From assembly GCA_963783795.1 (NCBI GenBank), contig CAWAPH010000036.1, positions 4,412 to 68,411 of the forward strand: a DNA stretch of 64,000 nt, read 5' to 3'. The DNA is from an uncultured delta proteobacterium (lineage in GTDB: Bacteria; Myxococcota_A; UBA9160; UBA6930). How positions within the stretch are numbered: position 1 is the stretch's first letter; every line of letters starts with the position of its first letter. Positions 17,649 to 25,141 of the stretch are shown one piece after another. Both the position numbers and the translations under genes were made by a program. The notes beneath the pieces are model-generated. The model saw nothing but the letters and a program-made list of their open reading frames with translations, was not told where the DNA came from and did no database searches.

Positions 17649-18805
17649 GCCAGACCCCCACGCTCGAGGATCTCCTGCGGAGAGACCAGGGTCGTGTCCA
17701 TCTTGCAGACGCCGACGACCGCGACCTCGCGCGGCGCCAGCCGCTCGATCTCGAGACGGTACTGCCCCATGTTCATCTCGGGGACGACGATCCTCTCGAC
17801 GCCTCGCAGCGCCGAAGTGATCGCCTTCTCCGGTACGGGCCAGAGGGTCTGGAGCACCAGGGAGGAGACCTTCCGCCCGCGCGACCGAGCCTCCCTGATG
17901 GCCACCGCCGCCGAGCTCGAGATGATGCCGTAGCTGACGACGAGCGTGTCGGCGCCCTCCTGGAGGTCTTCCCTCACCAGGGCGATCTCGTCGGCGGCCT
18001 CTTCGATCTTGGCCGTGTAGTGGTCGATCATCTCCTGGATGACCTCGGGCTTCGTCGTCAGGTAGCCGCGCTTGTCGTGCGTGGAGGTCGTGTAGCGCGC
18101 CACGTACTCGCCGCCGAAGTCCGAGATCGCCGGGACTTCCCCGGGAGTCTCGAAGACGTGCGGCAGATAGTCCTTCCGCCCCGAGGGCACCCGCTTGCGC
18201 CGGGCGAGCGGCGGAAGCTCGATCGCGTCCAGGTCGACCGACTCCTTCGTCACGCCGATCTCCTTGTTGGCCAGCAGGAACACCGGCGTGCGATACTTCT
18301 CGGCGAAGTTGAACGCCAGGTAGGTGAGCTCGTACGCCTCCCCGACGGTGGCCGGGCAGAGCGCGATGACCGGCAGCCCCCCGGAGGTCCCCCAGCGCGT
18401 GAACTGGATGTCGCCCTCGGCGCCCTTGGTGGCCGAGCCGGTGGCGGGGCCCTGCCGCTGGACGTCGACGATGACCATCGGCGTCTCGCCCATGATCGCC
18501 AGGCCGATGTTCTCGCTGTAGAGGCTCATCCCGGGCCCGCTCGTCGAGGTGAGCACCTTGCTCCCGGCCATCGCGGCGCCGATGCAGAAGCCCATCGAGG
18601 CGATCTCGTCCTCGGCCTGGATCGCGATGCCTCCCGTTTCGGGGAGGAGATCGAGCATGTGATGCAGGATCGAGGAGGCGGGAGTGATCGGGTAGCTGGC
18701 GAAGAAGTCGCATCCCGCTCGCACCGCGCCTCGCGCGATCGCCTCGTTTCCCTCGATGAACTCGTATCCCAAGCCGGGTTCCCGTCGCTGCTGAAGCAGC
18801 TCCAC
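17645..18805 (-). CDS. 2-oxoacid:ferredoxin oxidoreductase alpha subunit
   Basis: 'FIEGNEAIARGAVRAGCDFFASYPITPASSI' and the overall 386-aa layout are typical of KorA/PorA-type alpha subunits. Confidence 0.85.
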   Translation of the reverse strand: MELLQQRREPGLGYEFIEGNEAIARGAVRAGCDFFASYPITPASSILHHMLDLLPETGGIAIQAEDEIASMGFCIGAAMAGSKVLTSTSGPGMSLYSENIGLAIMGETPMVIVDVQRQGPATGSATKGAEGDIQFTRWGTSGGLPVIALCPATVGEAYELTYLAFNFAEKYRTPVFLLANKEIGVTKESVDLDAIELPPLARRKRVPSGRKDYLPHVFETPGEVPAISDFGGEYVARYTTSTHDKRGYLTTKPEVIQEMIDHYTAKIEEAADEIALVREDLQEGADTLVVSYGIISSSAAVAIREARSRGRKVSSLVLQTLWPVPEKAITSALRGVERIVVPEMNMGQYRLEIERLAPREVAVVGVCKMDTTLVSPQEILERGGLA

Positions 18806-18894
18806 GAAGAGGGTGCTGAACCGGTGGAGACAAGTCCATTATAGGAGCCGTTTCGGGTCTCGGGAACGGACCCACCGCTGCTACACTGGCGCGC

Positions 18895-19986
18895 ATGACG
18901 AAGCTGCTCCTGCTGGGCGCGGGCAACATTGGCGTCGCGATCGCGCACCTCTTCTCCAGCTCGGGCGACTACGAGGTCAGCGTCGCGGACCTCACCGAGT
19001 CCCGGCTCGCGGAGATGCCAGAAGGCGTTCACACCACCTGCGTCGATGTGACCGACCCGGGCGCAACGAGGGCGTTGATGCGCGGAATGGACGTCGTGGT
19101 CAGTGCCTGCCCCTTCCACCTGAGCCTGCCCATCGCGGAGGCCGCGCGCGAGCTCTCGGTCCACTACTTCGATCTCACCGAGGACGTGGTGACCGCCCGC
19201 CAGGTGCGCAAGATCGCGGCTGGCGCCGACACCGCTTTCATGCCCCAGTGCGGGCTGGCGCCGGGCTTCGTATCCATCGCCGCCTACGAGCTGGTCAAGC
19301 AGTTCGATTCGCTCCGCCGCGTCCGCATGCGCGTGGGCGCCCTTCCGCTGTTTCCCTCGAACGCGCTCATGTACAACCTCACCTGGAGCACTGCGGGCCT
19401 GATCAACGAGTACTGCAACTCCTGCGAGGTGATCCACGACGGGGAGCTGCGCGAGGTGCTGCCGCTGGAAGGCTACGAGCAGTTCTCGCTGGACGGCGTG
19501 AGCTACGAGGCGTTCCACACCTCGGGCGGCCTCGGCACCATGTGCGAAACGCTCATCGGCAGAGTGGAGAACCTGAACTACAAGACGATCCGCTACCCCG
19601 GCCACTGCGAGCTGATCCGGTTCCTCTGCAACGACCTTCAGCTCAGGAAGAGGAGGAAGCTCTTTCAGGACGTGCTCGAGCACGCCGTCCCCGTGACGCT
19701 GCAGGACGTGGTGCTGGTCTTCATCACCGTGAGCGGCCACAAGGCGGAGAAGCTCGTCCAGGAGAGCTACACCAGAAAGGTCTATCACGGCAGGGTGGGA
19801 ACCCTCGATCTGGCGGCGATCCAGATCACCACTGCGGCCGCGCTCTGTGCGGTCGTCGACCTGCAGTGCGCCGGAAGGCTGCCGAGGCAGGGCTTCGTCA
19901 AGCAGGAAGACGTTTCGCTGGAGGACTTCCTGGAGAACCGCTTCGGTGCGTACTACGGCGGGGAGGCCGACGATGGACATCGCTGA
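18895..19986 (+). CDS. saccharopine dehydrogenase family enzyme, probable L-lysine 6-dehydrogenase
   Basis: 'LLLLGAGNIGVAIAHLF' Rossmann motif and the Sacchrp_dh C-terminal region ('NLTWSTAGLINEY', 'GGLGT'). Overlaps and is co-oriented with an ALDH7-type gene. Confidence 0.75.
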   Translation: MTKLLLLGAGNIGVAIAHLFSSSGDYEVSVADLTESRLAEMPEGVHTTCVDVTDPGATRALMRGMDVVVSACPFHLSLPIAEAARELSVHYFDLTEDVVTARQVRKIAAGADTAFMPQCGLAPGFVSIAAYELVKQFDSLRRVRMRVGALPLFPSNALMYNLTWSTAGLINEYCNSCEVIHDGELREVLPLEGYEQFSLDGVSYEAFHTSGGLGTMCETLIGRVENLNYKTIRYPGHCELIRFLCNDLQLRKRRKLFQDVLEHAVPVTLQDVVLVFITVSGHKAEKLVQESYTRKVYHGRVGTLDLAAIQITTAAALCAVVDLQCAGRLPRQGFVKQEDVSLEDFLENRFGAYYGGEADDGHR

Positions 19987-21475
19987 GCCGTGCCAGAAGC
20001 TGGGACTCAGCGAGGCGAGCCTCGAGGGCGGCGACCTGCGGGTGACGAGTCCGATCGACGGCAGCCGCATCGCGTCCGTCGAGAGTGCGGACGCGAGCGA
20101 GGTGGGCGCGGCGATCGGCCGCGCCCATGAGGCCTTCCTGGACTGGCGCTCGGTGCCAGGTCCCGCGCGCGGCGGGCTGATCCGCGAGTTCGGCCAGGTC
20201 CTGCGCGAGCACAAGGACCCGCTCGGCGAGCTGGTCAGCGTCGAGTGCGGAAAGATCCGGGAGGAGGGGCTGGGCGAGGTCCAGGAGATGATCGACATCT
20301 GCGACTTCGCCGCGGGTCTCTCGCGCCAGCTCTACGGGCTGACCATCGCCTCGGAGCGGCCGGGGCACAGGATGTTCGAGACCTGGCACCCGCTCGGCCC
20401 GGTGGGCGTGATCAGCGCGTTCAACTTCCCGGTCGCCGTCTGGTCCTGGAACTTCGCCATCGCCGTCGTCTGCGGCGATCCGGTGGTGTGGAAGCCCTCC
20501 GAGAAGACGCCAGTGACCGCGCTGGCCTGTCAGCAGCTCTTCGAAGAGGCGGCGCGACGTTTCGGCGACGCTCCCGAGCACCTCTCCCAGGTGCTCCTGG
20601 GTGGGCGCGAGGTGGGAGAGGCCCTCGTCACCGACCCCCGGGTGCCGCTGATCAGCGCCACGGGAAGCTGCCGGATGGGGCGCGAGGTCGCCCCGCGCGT
20701 GGCGGAACGCTTCGGACGCTGTCTGCTGGAGCTGGGTGGCAACAACGCGATGATCGCAACCGCGAGCGCCGACCTCGGCCTGGCGCTGCGCGCCATCCTC
20801 TTCAGCGCCATGGGCACCGCCGGACAGCGCTGCACCACGCTGCGCCGCCTGATCGCCCACCGGGACGTGCACGACGAGCTGATGGCTCGGCTGCGGCAGG
20901 CGCACGCGGGGATTCGCGTCGGCGACCCGCTCGAACCCGGTACGCTGGTCGGCCCCCTGATCGACCGGGCGGCGTACGAGCAGATGCAGGCGGCGCTCGA
21001 CCGGGCGCGGGCAGACGGGGGACGGGTTCTCGGTGGTGAACGCGTCCTACAAGAAGCGCACCCGAACGCCTACTACGTGATGCCGGCCATCGTCGAGATG
21101 CCGTCACAGACCGCGATCGTGCGAGAGGAGACCTTCGCCCCGATTCTCTACGCGATGCGCTACGACCGTCTGGGGGACGCGATCGCCATCCACAACGACG
21201 TGGAGCAGGGGCTCTCCTCCTGCATCCTGACCACGGATCTGCGGGAAGCGGAGACGTTTCTCTCCTTCGAGGGCAGCGACTGCGGCATCGCCAACGTCAA
21301 CATCGGCCCGAGCGGCGCCGAGATCGGTGGCGCCTTCGGCGGCGAGAAGGCAACCGGGGGCGGCCGGGAAGCCGGCTCGGACGCCTGGAAGAGCTACATG
21401 CGCCGGGCCACCAACACCATCAACTACGGCCGCGAGCTGCCCCTGGCACAGGGAATCCGCTTCGGCGACGAGTAG
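19973..21475 (+). CDS. amaB: alpha-aminoadipic semialdehyde / piperideine-6-carboxylate dehydrogenase (ALDH7 family)
   Basis: Near-colinear with antiquitin as I recall it: 'GEVQEMIDICDFAAGLSRQLYG', 'FNFPVAVWSWN', 'ELGGNNA', 'GTAGQRCTT', 'EIGGAFGGEKATGGGREAGSDAWKSYMRRATNTINYGRELPLAQGIRF'. Start moved to the ATG at 19973. Confidence 0.9.
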   Translation: MDIAEPCQKLGLSEASLEGGDLRVTSPIDGSRIASVESADASEVGAAIGRAHEAFLDWRSVPGPARGGLIREFGQVLREHKDPLGELVSVECGKIREEGLGEVQEMIDICDFAAGLSRQLYGLTIASERPGHRMFETWHPLGPVGVISAFNFPVAVWSWNFAIAVVCGDPVVWKPSEKTPVTALACQQLFEEAARRFGDAPEHLSQVLLGGREVGEALVTDPRVPLISATGSCRMGREVAPRVAERFGRCLLELGGNNAMIATASADLGLALRAILFSAMGTAGQRCTTLRRLIAHRDVHDELMARLRQAHAGIRVGDPLEPGTLVGPLIDRAAYEQMQAALDRARADGGRVLGGERVLQEAHPNAYYVMPAIVEMPSQTAIVREETFAPILYAMRYDRLGDAIAIHNDVEQGLSSCILTTDLREAETFLSFEGSDCGIANVNIGPSGAEIGGAFGGEKATGGGREAGSDAWKSYMRRATNTINYGRELPLAQGIRFGDE

Positions 21476-21502
21476 GACGCACGAACAGAGGAGGCGCGCA
21501 CC

Positions 21503-22849
21503 ATGCAGCCGCAGGAAATCACCGACAACATGTTTCTCCCGCTTCCCGGGCTACCCCCGGTTCTGATCACGAAGACCGAGGGGGTGTACCTGTACGATGG
21601 CTCCGGGAACAGGATCCTCGACGCTTCGGGCGGGCCGATGGCGGTCACCATCGGCCACGGCCGGCCGGAGGTGGCCGACGCGGCCGCCCGCGTCCTCCGG
21701 GAGGTCTCCTACGTGCTCCCCGTGTTCGCTTCCGAAGCCAGGATCGAGCTGGTCAAGCGCATCAAGAAGCTGCTCCCGGAGCAGCTTCGCAACGTCTACT
21801 TCTGCTCTGGCGGGTCGGAGGCGAACGAGGCGGCGATCAAGCTCGCCCGCCAGTACCAGGTGCTGGCCGGTCGGGAGTCCCGGTACAAGATCATCTCCCG
21901 CAACCTCAGCTACCACGGCATGACCATGCTCACGCTCTCGATCAGCGACGTGAAGATGCGGCAGCGGGACTTTCTCCCCATGCTGTGGAAGAACCCCCGA
22001 GTCGAGGCCTGCTACTGCTATCGCTGTCCATTCGGGAAGGAATACCCCGGCTGCGACATCGCTTGCGCGCGGCAGCTCGAGGAGCGGATTCTCGCCGAGG
22101 GGCCCGACACCGTCGTCGCCTTCATCGCCGAGCCGATCGTCGCCTCGGCCGGCGGCGGGCTGGTGCCCCCTCCCGAGTACTTCCCGATCATCCGCGAGAC
22201 CTGCGACAAGTACGACGTCGTGTTCATCGCAGACGAGATCGTCACGGGCTTCGGAAGGACGGGAAGGAACATGGGGTTGGAACACTTCGGCGTCATCCCC
22301 GACATTGCCACCTTCGCCAAGGGCGTGAGCAGCGGCTACGCCCCCCTCGCCGGGATGGCCGTGAGCGACGATCTCGTCGCGACCTTCGAGGAGAAGCAGG
22401 CGGAGTTCCAGCACCTCTACACGTTCGCAGCCCATCCGGTCGCCTGTGCGATCGGCAGCGAGGTGATGCGGATCGTCGAAGAGGAGAACATGATCGCGCG
22501 CGCCGAGCAGATCGGGAAATACCTGCACGAGAGCCTGCTCGGTCTCATGGATCTCCCCATGATCGGCGACATCCGCGGCAAGGGAATGCTCTGGGGGATC
22601 GAGTTCGTCAAGGACAAGGAGACCAAGGAGCCGTTCGCGAAGGAGAAGAACGTCAAGATGGACGTTCTGGTGCAATGCCTGCTGAAGGGCGTCTTCTTCT
22701 ACCCCGGGTACTACGAAGACGAACTCGGCCGAGGCGACCAGCTGATGATCGCCCCCCCCTTCATCATCACCGAGGAGCAGATCGACGAATTCGTCTCGAT
22801 CCTGAGGGAGACGCTCGAGGGCTCACGCGACAAGTACTACGCGGACTGA
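21503..22849 (+). CDS. class III (omega) aminotransferase, PLP-dependent
   Basis: 'SGGSEANEAAIKLAR', 'FIADEIVTGFGRTG', 'TFAKGVSSGY' (PLP lysine). Confidence 0.9.
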   Translation: MQPQEITDNMFLPLPGLPPVLITKTEGVYLYDGSGNRILDASGGPMAVTIGHGRPEVADAAARVLREVSYVLPVFASEARIELVKRIKKLLPEQLRNVYFCSGGSEANEAAIKLARQYQVLAGRESRYKIISRNLSYHGMTMLTLSISDVKMRQRDFLPMLWKNPRVEACYCYRCPFGKEYPGCDIACARQLEERILAEGPDTVVAFIAEPIVASAGGGLVPPPEYFPIIRETCDKYDVVFIADEIVTGFGRTGRNMGLEHFGVIPDIATFAKGVSSGYAPLAGMAVSDDLVATFEEKQAEFQHLYTFAAHPVACAIGSEVMRIVEEENMIARAEQIGKYLHESLLGLMDLPMIGDIRGKGMLWGIEFVKDKETKEPFAKEKNVKMDVLVQCLLKGVFFYPGYYEDELGRGDQLMIAPPFIITEEQIDEFVSILRETLEGSRDKYYAD

Positions 22850-22885
22850 TCGCGGCGCCCTGCGGCCCGTGACTGCGCGACGTCT

Positions 22886-22921
22886 CACCCGCCGCTCCTG
22901 CCTGCTACCGGGCAGCGGGTG
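22886..22921. terminator. GC-rich stem-loop in a convergent intergenic region
   Basis: 'CACCCGCCGCTCC...GGGCAGCGGGTG', about 11 pairs with one mismatch, 37 nt after the aminotransferase stop. No U-tract. Confidence 0.3.
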
Positions 22922-23028
22922 AACTCGAACGGCGCGTTCTGCGCCACCGGCGCGAAGCTGGCGTTCTGCTCGAGCGTGAGATAGAGGCCAGTCACGCCGC
23001 CCTCCGTCCTTCTGTGTCTTCTCGCGTG

Positions 23029-23046
23029 TTCTTCTGACCAGAAGAA
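23029..23046. repeat. AT-rich 8-2-8 inverted repeat TTCTTCTG-AC-CAGAAGAA
   Basis: Read directly, 13 nt beyond the stop of the MerB-like gene. Preceded by two further CTTCT(G) copies (23008..23025). Confidence 0.3.
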
Positions 23047-23058
23047 AACCGACTTGCG

Positions 23059-23661
23059 TCAGAAGTCGTCGATGATGCTGTTCGCCCGGAGCTTGGTGAA
23101 ATCCACCATTGGGACGAAGAAGAGCGGGTCGCACTCGGCGTCTTCCAGCTCGTAAGTCAGGTCGTGGTCCATCCGGAAACGGATCGGGCGACCACAGCAG
23201 GCGCATTCCGAGTGGATGTCGAAGGAGAGCGGTTCGTTTCTGAGTCGCCCTTGCACGAAGGGCGTCGCGACGGCGTCGGTGCCTCAGGCAGCCCAGAACC
23301 GCTCGCCGCTGCTGAAGTCCAGGTGGTGGGGCGTGGGCTCGGCGGTGACCGGGTAGGCCCAGACGACGTCGCGGCCCTCCGGGCGATACAGGAAGATGAG
23401 CCGCCGCTCCAGCTCGTCCAGGATTTCCACTACCCGCGCCCCCGCCATCTGCAGCTTCTCCGCGACGAAGTCGGGCGACATCGGCCGCCCGAGCCGCGGC
23501 AGCTCACGGACCACGAAGTGGTGCACCCTGCGCTGCTCCTCGTCCAGGCCGCCGAGGGCCAGGTTGGTCTTGCGCGCCTCCGAGGGAAAGCGCCTCCGGA
23601 AGAGACCCCAGGGAATCGGCACCATGCGGCGCCTGATGCCCAGCAGAACTCTTTTCATCAT
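23059..23661 (-). CDS. MerB (organomercurial lyase)-fold protein with in-frame TGA at the catalytic Cys position (candidate selenoprotein; alternatively a nonsense pseudogene)
   Basis: Track ORFs 23284..23718 and 23059..23256 share one frame and are separated only by the TGA at 23284..23286. 'GERFWAA[TGA]GTDAVATPFVQG' aligns with MerB 'DRRLYAW-C96-ALD99-TLIFPALIG'. 'HSECACCGRP' aligns with the Cys117 region. 'ECDPLFFVP' aligns with 'FCCHVHFFAS' (Cys159/160). AGGAGG sits 3-6 nt before the ATGATG at 23661/23658. Confidence 0.6.
23244..23266 (-). promoter_or_regulatory. candidate bacterial SECIS-like hairpin
   Basis: mRNA sense 5'-CGCCCUU CGUGC AAGGGCG-3' (7-bp stem, 5-nt loop containing GU, plus one outer G-C pair). 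The stem starts 20 nt after the UGA. Confidence 0.3.
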
Positions 23662-23821
23662 CAGCCTCCTTGGCCCGAATGATTCACGAGCGTAGGTTCC
23701 CTGCGTTCTTCCTGTCAACGCAGAGGCGGCCGGGCCAGGCTAACCTGGAGCGCCCGGGAAGCGAAATCGCTGCATCCCCGGGCAGCTCGCCCCAGTGCCG
23801 ACCCGGAAGGAGCCTGGAGAC

Positions 23822-24943
23822 ATGCCGGACCACGAGGTCGGAAACACCGTCATCGTTTGCAGGGACGACCTCGCCTATCTCTCCCATCCATCCATCGCGA
23901 TTCTCGAGAGCGGCGAGTGGCTGGCGGCCTTCAACCATTCGCGCCGGCGCAATCCCAGCTTGCACCCGCCCACCGACCCGCTGTTTCGCAGCGTGCTGTC
24001 GCGCAGCTCGGACCAGGGGGCCAGCTGGAGCGACCCGAGCTTCGCCCCGGACTTCGACTGGTCCGGCACCGAATGCCCGGGCATCGCGCAGCTCAGCGAC
24101 GGCACGGTCGTCCTCACCCAGTTCCGCTTCGGCTGGTATCCCCTGGGACTGGCCAGGAAGCGCCGTGCGGCTGGCGAGCCCATCTCGCTCTGCCTCCCCG
24201 GCAAGTACTGGACGGAGGACTTCGGTGACGCTGACTGGGAGCAGTCGCTCTTCACCTGGGCCAGGGGCTACCACGGACTCTACGCCCACCTGAGCAGCGA
24301 CGGCGGCCACACCTTCGACTGCACCGTCAAGCTCGACACCGGGTCGTACCGGGACGGCTACGCGCGCACGCCCGTCGCCGAACTCTCCGACGGCCGCGTG
24401 GCGTACGCCGTCACCGAGCACCACCCGCCCGCCAACCGGTACACCTACGTCCTCTTCTCGGGGGACAAGTGCCAGACCTGGGAGCCGCCGGTTCCCATCG
24501 TCGACAGCCCCGATCGCCTCTTCGCCGAGCCAGACATCGTCGAGGTCGAGTCGGGAGAGATCTACTGCGTGCTCCGCAGCGACTCGCGCGTCCATCTGCA
24601 CGGCTGCCGCTCCCTCGACGGCGGACGGACCTGGAGCGCCCCGGAGAAGACTCCCCTGCAGGGGCTTCCCGGGCATCTCCTGGTGCTTCGCGACGGGCGT
24701 CTGCTGTGCAGCTACGGCCGGCGGCAGGACCCCTTCGGCATTCGCGCCTGCCTCTCCGAGGACGGCGGGCGAAGCTGGCAGGTGGACGGCGAGATCGTGA
24801 TCCGGGACGACCTGCCGAACTGGGACCTCGGCTATCCCACTGCGATCGAGTACGCGCCGGGCCGCCTCTTCGTCTGCTACTACGGCGAGGAGCCGGACGG
24901 GGTCCACTGCATCCAGGGCACCTACGTCGACCTCCAGAGCTGA
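23822..24943 (+). CDS. BNR/Asp-box repeat protein (sialidase-like beta-propeller), no signal peptide
   Basis: Five Asp-boxes: 'SSDQGASW', 'SSDGGHTF', 'SGDKCQTW', 'SLDGGRTW', 'SEDGGRSW'. Start taken at the ATG at 23822. Confidence 0.8.
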   Translation: MPDHEVGNTVIVCRDDLAYLSHPSIAILESGEWLAAFNHSRRRNPSLHPPTDPLFRSVLSRSSDQGASWSDPSFAPDFDWSGTECPGIAQLSDGTVVLTQFRFGWYPLGLARKRRAAGEPISLCLPGKYWTEDFGDADWEQSLFTWARGYHGLYAHLSSDGGHTFDCTVKLDTGSYRDGYARTPVAELSDGRVAYAVTEHHPPANRYTYVLFSGDKCQTWEPPVPIVDSPDRLFAEPDIVEVESGEIYCVLRSDSRVHLHGCRSLDGGRTWSAPEKTPLQGLPGHLLVLRDGRLLCSYGRRQDPFGIRACLSEDGGRSWQVDGEIVIRDDLPNWDLGYPTAIEYAPGRLFVCYYGEEPDGVHCIQGTYVDLQS

Positions 24944-25141
24944 CGAGGATCCGGCGACAAACCCTCACCCTGGCTGCATTTCGACAGCCCCACGCTGCAA
25001 AATCCCGTGGGGAAGGGGGTACTCGGCCCTCCTTCCCCAGCCGGCGGCAGGGGTGGCGCGACCCCGCCGATCTTCGCATCATGGGGCCCTCGAACCCGAC
25101 CCACCTCGTTCATCCCGCGACACGCCATAGGAGACCCCCCC

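Noticed and set aside
16311-18929. The 872-aa ORF treated as one gene.
   Set aside because: The upper part is out of frame with the clear OFOR alpha subunit (17645..18805). Only 16311..17648 (beta-gamma) is coding in this frame.
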